A stretch of 64,000 nt of DNA, from NCBI GenBank assembly GCA_964270895.1, contig OZ185438.1, one strand, 5' to 3'. The notes beneath the pieces were generated by a model. It saw only the letters and a list, made by a program, of their open reading frames with translations, searched no databases and was not told the DNA's origin. This DNA is from Podarcis filfolensis (taxonomy: Eukaryota). A program made the position numbers and the translations under genes. This document shows positions 58,401 to 64,000 of the stretch, piece by piece; the stretch's first letter is position 1, and each line of letters begins with the position of its first letter.

Positions 58401-59583
58401 GGCTGGGCTGCCAGACCCCCTCCGTCCCGGGCCGCCACCTCCAGCTGCACCAGCGTGTTGGCTTTGCCCACCAGACTCCTCAGCAAGGAGATGGCACCTG
58501 CGAAGGAAGAGGGAGAGCTGGTTGTGGGGGAGGCCAGGGCTGGGGAGGGAGGAAGCAGCCCCCCTGGGGTGAAGCCCCTGGAGGCTGGCGCCGCCCTGCC
58601 TGCCCCGCCTCGCCTCCTCACCCGTGTCTGGGTTGATGGCAAAGAGGGAGGGCGTGTTGCCTGCGGCAATGTGGTAGGTCACCCGCCCATGGGGCCCCTC
58701 GTCCTTGTCGTGGGCCGTGACACGCAGCACTGCTGAGCCAGGATGGCTTTGGGTGCTGATGCTGGTGGCATACTCCAGAGGGTAGAAGGTGGGGGCGTTG
58801 TCATTGACGTCCTCCAGGAAAACCTTGACGTAGGCCATGGAGCTCAGCCCACCCTGGGAAGGGAGGAAGGAGAGAGAGAGAGATGCTGCTGGGAATCCAC
58901 AGCCTGGAGCCTGGATCACACCTTTGTTTAATTTAGGGATGCTTCAGTTGTGATTCCTGTACGGCAAGAGGTTGGACGAGATGGTCCTTGGGGTCCCTTG
59001 CAACAAGACCGTTCTATAATTCTATGACTTCACTCTGCCGCACCTCAAATGGCCCCTGCCTGTGGGTGGGGCAGAAGCCACAAGCCCCCAATGAGGGTGG
59101 CACAGACTGGGGTAGCAGCCAGGGCTCCAGTTCCACACTGGTGCTTCCACAGCCCAACTGGCTCCTGGTGTTTCAGAAGGGGAGATGTGGCTGGCCCCAG
59201 TGACCACAGCCTTCTTTAGGGTGAGGCCAAAGTGGCTGCTGCAAACCTTCCTGCCCGCCCCAGCACCCACAGAGGCTGACACGATCCAGCCAGAAGAGTC
59301 TCCAACCGCCCCCTACCCCACTTGTGGCCACCCTTTGCCACCATGGGCTGAAGCTGTTCTGCCACAACAGGGAGAGCCCCTGCGGCCTCCTCACCCCATC
59401 CAGCGCCGTGACGGTGAAGTCATAGGCGGACGTGCCCTCGTCGCGGTCCAGGTCTTGCGTGGTGCAGAGCTGGCCGGTCTCTTCCCCGAGGCGAAAGGCA
59501 GAGGGGGCTGAGCTGGTGAGGCCGGTGCCCAGGGAGTAGGAGAGGGAGCCCAGAGAGCCACTGTCGGCATCCGTGGCTGTGAC
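41697..59583 (-). CDS. DCHS1: Protocadherin-16 / dachsous 1, 5'-partial (the large first coding exon is outside the window). Exons 59583-59395, 58853-58622, 58497-58261, 57361-56357, 56238-56051, 55864-55768, 55625-55468, 55379-54542, 53291-53052, 52097-51972, 50000-49791, 49214-48351, 47819-47706, 47230-47019, 46864-46710, 45816-45686, 45371-45085, 44611-44473, 44263-41697 (TAG)
   Basis: Many cadherin repeats (DxNDN, LDRE/LDYE, AxDxD), TM segment [27 protein letters not shown], dachsous tail motif [35 protein letters not shown]-terminus ELRI. Syntenic with TPP1. Confidence 0.96.
46406..46455. repeat. (TAT)n microsatellite (retroposon tail)
   Basis: Uninterrupted tat repeats following the retroposon 3' motif. 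Confidence 0.85.
50321..51735 (+). mobile_element. pogo/Tigger-family DNA transposon, internally deleted, in a DCHS1 intron
   Basis: Perfect 22-bp TIRs CAGTGGTACCTCGCAAGACGAA, TA target duplication at both ends (50319-50320, 51736-51737), and subterminal repeats of tcgcaaga(c/t)gaa. Confidence 0.93.
50764..51561 (+). CDS. Truncated Tigger transposase ORF, 265 aa: CENP-B-type HTH DNA-binding domains fused to the C-terminal tail, no DDE domain
   Basis: gccATGG start. [11 protein letters not shown]...STIGTIL (HTH-psq-like), [10 protein letters not shown]...[34 protein letters not shown], then YVPQ joined directly to RLSSKELR...KQQTMDRFF. Confidence 0.75.
   Translation: MGPKKTAAAEAGERKKEKVTLEMKKEIIRKHDGGMRVTDLAREYRRNPSTIGTILKMREKILATDVAKGVTRIVKNRPAVLEEVEKLLLIWLEEKRCAGDTVTEAVICEKAKALHADLVRQQPGTSGEPEVFKASRGWFDRFKTRSGIHSVVRHGEAASSDVPAAEDFAAEFLEVVTTEVYVPQRLSSKELRDICQKWKDAQAFAQRHHPDKDLTRDLANTFDTRVMSSFREVLKRWMKQQTMDRFFSKKQRVEEEPSLSCPPES
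53840..54088. mobile_element. hAT (Charlie-like) MITE, 249 bp
   Basis: Imperfect 15-bp TIRs (caggggacagcaacc vs caggggtaggcaacc, 12/15) and perfect 8-bp TSD CACTAGAG (53832-53839 and 54089-54096). Confidence 0.85.
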
Positions 59584-59956
59584 CTGCAGGAGGCAAGGAA
59601 GAAGCATGGCATTGGCACGTGTCAGGCGGCAGGAGCAGGACCAAAGTGCAACATCCCTCCCCAATGACACACTTGCATGCACACCTGCACACATCTGGAA
59701 GGTGGGGAAGGCTGCTTTCATGTGTGCTGTGCCACCCCTACTGAGGTGGTGTGATGGATTCCCATATGTCTCCGCAACACAATTCCCTGAGGGCGATTTG
59801 ACGGACTGAACCCACAAAATGCTCTCCAGGGCAGGAAAAGTGAGATGCACAAATCTAGGATGGGTGATCCCTGGCTTAACTGCAGTCTGGGGGGGGGGTC
59901 TTAGTGAACCGCAAGCTGAATATGAGTCAGCAGTGTGATGCAGCAGCAAAAAAAAG

Positions 59957-60509
59957 ATTCCATCAATGGTGTTTCTGAAAAATTTGACACATCACTTTGG
60001 AAGATAGGCGAACTAATGCCAGTGTACTGGAAGAAGCAAAGATCACCAGTGTTGAAGCAATGATTCTTCATCATCAACTTTGTTGGACTGGCCATGTTGT
60101 GCGGATGCCTGATTACTGTCTTTCAAAGCAATTACTCTATTCTGAACTTAAAAATGGAAAGCGTAATGCTGGTGGTCAACAAAAGAGGTTTAAAGACTGT
60201 CTCAAGGCAAATCTTTAAAAATGTAGCATAAACACTGACAACTGGGAAACACTGGCCTGCGAGCGCTCCAGTTGGAGAACAGCCTTGACCAAAGGTGTCA
60301 TGGGCTTTGAACTCAGGACAAAAAGGGAAAATGTGCTAAGAGGAAGGCACGCTTGGCAAACCCTCACTGTGATCAACTCCCGCCCAGAACTATGGAAGGA
60401 CGTGTGGCTCCAGAATTGGCCTCCACAGTCACTTACGGACTCACTGTTAAAACTGTGTTCATGGAAGACAATCTTACTCAGCTGCGAGTGATAGCGAAAG
60501 AAGAAGAAG
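59957..60509 (+). mobile_element. 5'-truncated RTE-clade (BovB-like) LINE
   Basis: Translation EDRRTNASVLEEAKITSVEAMILHHQLCWTGHVVRMPDYCLSKQLLYSELKNGKRNAGGQQKRFKDCLKANL is typical of the RTE ORF C-terminus; (GAA)n tail. Confidence 0.85.
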
Positions 60510-60892
60510 GTGGAAGCAGCAGCAGCAGCAGCAAAAAAAGCTCATGCAATTGTAGGCTTCCTCATCAAACATCAAGTGTCGCCATCAAGGAATGTCAGGG
60601 CCATCCTCTCATGAGGCAAAATGAGGTGACTGCCTCAGGAGGCAGGATCTACAGGAGCAACAAATCCCATTGCAGATCTTTATTCCCTGCTTATTATATG
60701 TAGCTCTTCACCTTTCTTCTCTGGTAGTGGGGGCATGTTGTAGTTTTCCTCAGGTGCCTAAATGTACAGTATTGTGTTGGCCCTGAGGGACGTCATAGTA
60801 ACCCTGGAGTCCTGCGTCCAGTTCTGGGTTCCCCAGTTTAAGAAGGATGTTGACAAGCTGGAAGTATGCTGAGGTTGGTGACCAAAGCTGAT

Positions 60893-61248
60893 CATAGAAT
60901 CATAGAGTTGGAAGAGACCACAAGGGCCATCGAGTCCAACCCCCTGCCAAGCAGGAAACACCATCAGAGCACTCCTGACATATGGTTGTCAAGCCTCTGC
61001 TTAAAGACCTCCAAAGAAGGAGACTCCACCACACTCCTTGGCAGCAAATTCCACTGTCGAACAGCTCTGACTGTCAGGAAGTTCTTCCTAATGTTTAGGT
61101 GGAATCTTCTTTCTTGTAGTTTGGATCCATTGCTCCGTGTCCGCTTCTCTGGAGCAGCAGAAAACAACCTTTCTCCCTCCTCTATGTGACATCCTTTTAT
61201 ATATTTGAACATGGCTATCATATCACCCCTTAACCTCCTCTTCTCCAG
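60893..61248 (-). mobile_element. Young 5'-truncated CR1 LINE inserted into an older + strand CR1 (fragments about 59800-59956, 60525-60892, 61249-61660)
   Basis: Open translation MIAMFKYIKGCHIEEGERLFS...RRFHLNIRKNFLTVRAVRQWNLLPRSVVESPSLEVFKQRLD, (attctatg)n tail, and flanking gctgat duplication. Confidence 0.88.
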
Positions 61249-64000
61249 GCTGATAAAGGGCCTGTAAACTAAGCCTTATGAGGAATGGTTGAGGGAGTTG
61301 GGGATGTTTTGCCTGGAAAAGAGGAGTCTGAGAGGGGGTATGATAGCCAAAAATCTAAAGGGCTGTCACATGGAAGATGGAGTAAGCATGTTTTCTCCTG
61401 CTCCAGAGGGAATAACCTGAACCAGTGGCTTCAAGTTACAGGAAAGGAGATTCTGACTAAACATCAGGAAGAACTTTCTGACAGAAAAAGCTGTTCCACA
61501 GTGGGATGGTCTCCCTTGGGAGGTTGTGGACTCTCCTTCATTAAATGGTTTTAAGCGGAGGTTGGATAGCCATCTGTCATGAATACGTTAGTTGAGATTC
61601 CTGCATTGCAAAGGGTTGGACTAGATGCCCCTCAGGGGTCCTATGATCCTATGACAATGGCTGTCGGCACATGGACTTCTTGGAAAAGACACAATGAGGA
61701 ACCACAAACATTATTTACAATGCCAGATCATAGGATCAGAGCCCAACTCTAACCCGCAGTGAACATAATAATAATGATAATATTGTTGGTTAATGTTGGC
61801 TTGCTCTAATTAGAAGGGAATCCCAGAGGCAGCATGAGGCCTCTCTTCCTCACTTGGTGCTTCTTGGTTGGGGTGCTCCCTCTATTGTTAAAACCAGCCC
61901 CCATTTCCTCCCCTCTCTTAAAAACACACACTGGACCTGCTTACAAGGCGGGGGGGGGGCGCTCCTTTCCCAGAGGACAGACTCTTCCACAAGCCCTGAG
62001 GGGGGTGAGGCTATGGGGAATGACAAAGATGTGCTTGGGGAGGGGGGAGACCCACCCTGACCAGCAAGCCTGAGATGCCGGCATTCTGCGGCTCCCTCCC
62101 CTCCCCTCCCCAGCTAGGACAGCAGCTCTTTCTGCTCCTCCCCAGTGTTCCTGAGGGAAAGAGCTCTGTGGGTGGTGGAGGCGGGAGGGAGGTTTGCCAT
62201 GTGGCCCCTACAGACAAGCAAACAGCCCAGCCCCACAAACAGCCAGTTACACTCTGGGGCTTTGTATGCTGTAGATCATTTTAATGATGCAGCCGCAGTG
62301 GGGAATTTTTATCAAGACAGGCAGGGCGCATTTATTAATAATAATCCCATCTGTCAGAGATGCCTTAGCGGGGATTCCTGCATTGCAGGGGGCTGGACTA
62401 GATGGCCCTTGGCTGGGTCCCTTCCAACTCTACTATTCTATGATTCTATGACTACCCCTTCCCACTCTCCCCCCCAAAAAAACCCCAATAGAGAGGAGGC
62501 CCCAATACTCTCATGACAGCTTGGCCAGGGGGGTGCAAGCAGCGCATGGAGCTGGTCAGGCGTGTGCAGCCCCCCCCCACCCTTCGGGCTCTGTGACCCA
62601 TAAGGTGATGCCCACCACTGAGCACACTTCACGGGGAGACGCTGAGTGTGCGCGAAGCATCCTTGCTCACAGCGGAAGAGGAGGCTTCCCCACACATTGC
62701 TCAGCTGACCTGCGATGGGATCTCCTGACACTTTGCTTTTTAATAAAATGCAGCTGGAAACAAACAGCTTCCTGTGGTATTTTCAGGGGTGGTGGGGGGT
62801 TGGGATTTAGACTGAAAAACAGTGCAAAGAGTTAACCTGCCCCCTCCCAAAATGCACGAAACCCAAGCTGGCCGCCACCTCCACCGCTCAGCTGCATGTC
62901 ATCAGAAAGCAGAGAAAAGCCCTCCTTTGGCTCTGAGATTCTCAGGAGCTCCTCTTCCATCTTGCCTCCTGCGAATCCTCAGCCCCAGGTGCTACAGGAC
63001 GGGGGGGCAGGGGGTGTACAGCAGCCCCACATGGAGCATTTCCTGCCTGCCAGGCCCCCCTCCTCAGCCACAGCCATACAATCACACACCCAGAGCACCA
63101 GACGGGGACATTGAGGATCCTGCTGTTTGCACTGGAAGCCCCACTGCTGGGGGACAGCTGTGAGGGGCTGCGCTGGAGCATGGCGGGCTGGGGAGGGACT
63201 GCACTGCCTGGCACAGCCTGTCACTGCATAATGGAGGGGCCTCCCTGCAGCAGCCGCCCATCCGCAAGGGGCTCATGTTTCAGAGCAAAGTGCTGACGCC
63301 ACATCCCGCCTTCCAAAGGCGGCCACAGCGGCACTCGGCATCCTGGGATTGTGAGGGCCACCCACAACCCTGGCAGAGACCAGAGGCGGCTATGTCACAC
63401 ACACACACTGCTCCCTCCATCCTGAGGATGGTCGCCTCAGCTCCTCCCGCCTTTTGCTCATCCCCACAGTCATTCATTTAGGCCCAGAGAGTGATGGGCA
63501 AGGCACCGTGAGGGAGGCTATGATGGTGACAAGGCAGGGATTTGAACCCAGCACCTCCCTGCCACAAAACGTGGATGGCTCTTCAATGGGCATGGCAGGA
63601 CTGCAGGGAGCAGCACCCTCCTCAGAGCCCTCTGGGTGACCAGGAGGGGGAGATCCCCTCCTCCTCCTCAGCTCATGCCTTCAGGGCACTTACAATGGCG
63701 GAACAAGGGTGGAGGGCAGCCGTCTCTGAAGTTTGGTTCCAGACAGGAAAGAGGGGTGCCAAAGAAGGCGCAGGGGGCACCCCTCTCAGGCAGGGACCCG
63801 GCCTTTTTGCAGGCTGCTCCCCTCACTGCCCGCCTGCCCGTCCAAGCCCGGCCCAGCTCCCAGGCCCCGGATGGCAGGCTGCCCAGGAGGCCTCGCTCTG
63901 CAGATGTTTGCAAAGCCGCAGTTCCACATCTGGCTTTGGTTCAGGCCCAGGAACGAGGGGAGCCGTGGCGCCAGTGTGGTCAGTGATCCCACGCACACTC

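Overview
GC-rich, gene-dense vertebrate DNA with many short introns. Sauria-type SINEs, CR1/RTE LINEs and hAT/pogo elements indicate a squamate reptile, probably lacertid-like (inference). The window is the block syntenic to human 11p15.4: DNHD1 3' part (+), RRP8 (-), ILK (+), TAF10 (-), TPP1 (-) and DCHS1 (-, 5' exons outside the window). I reconstructed exon chains by hand from GT/AG sites and reading frame. Main surprise: between DNHD1 and RRP8 lies an extra intact 13-exon FBXW7 paralogue, probably the ohnologue from the DCHS1/DCHS2 duplicated block, which I do not know from the human locus. Its predicted first three exons encode a ComEA-like tandem helix-hairpin-helix (HhH) DNA-binding domain in place of the FBXW7 alpha/beta/gamma N-terminus, giving a predicted 727-aa HhH-D domain-F-box-WD40 protein. 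Its ATG is 182 bp downstream of the RRP8 stop, so its promoter probably overlaps RRP8's last coding exon. Other notable items: a pogo/Tigger element whose open ORF lacks the DDE domain, an hAT MITE carrying a TTAGGG minisatellite, three CLEAR-like boxes at TPP1, an Otx/Crx-type motif cluster in an orphan CpG island, and nested LINEs.
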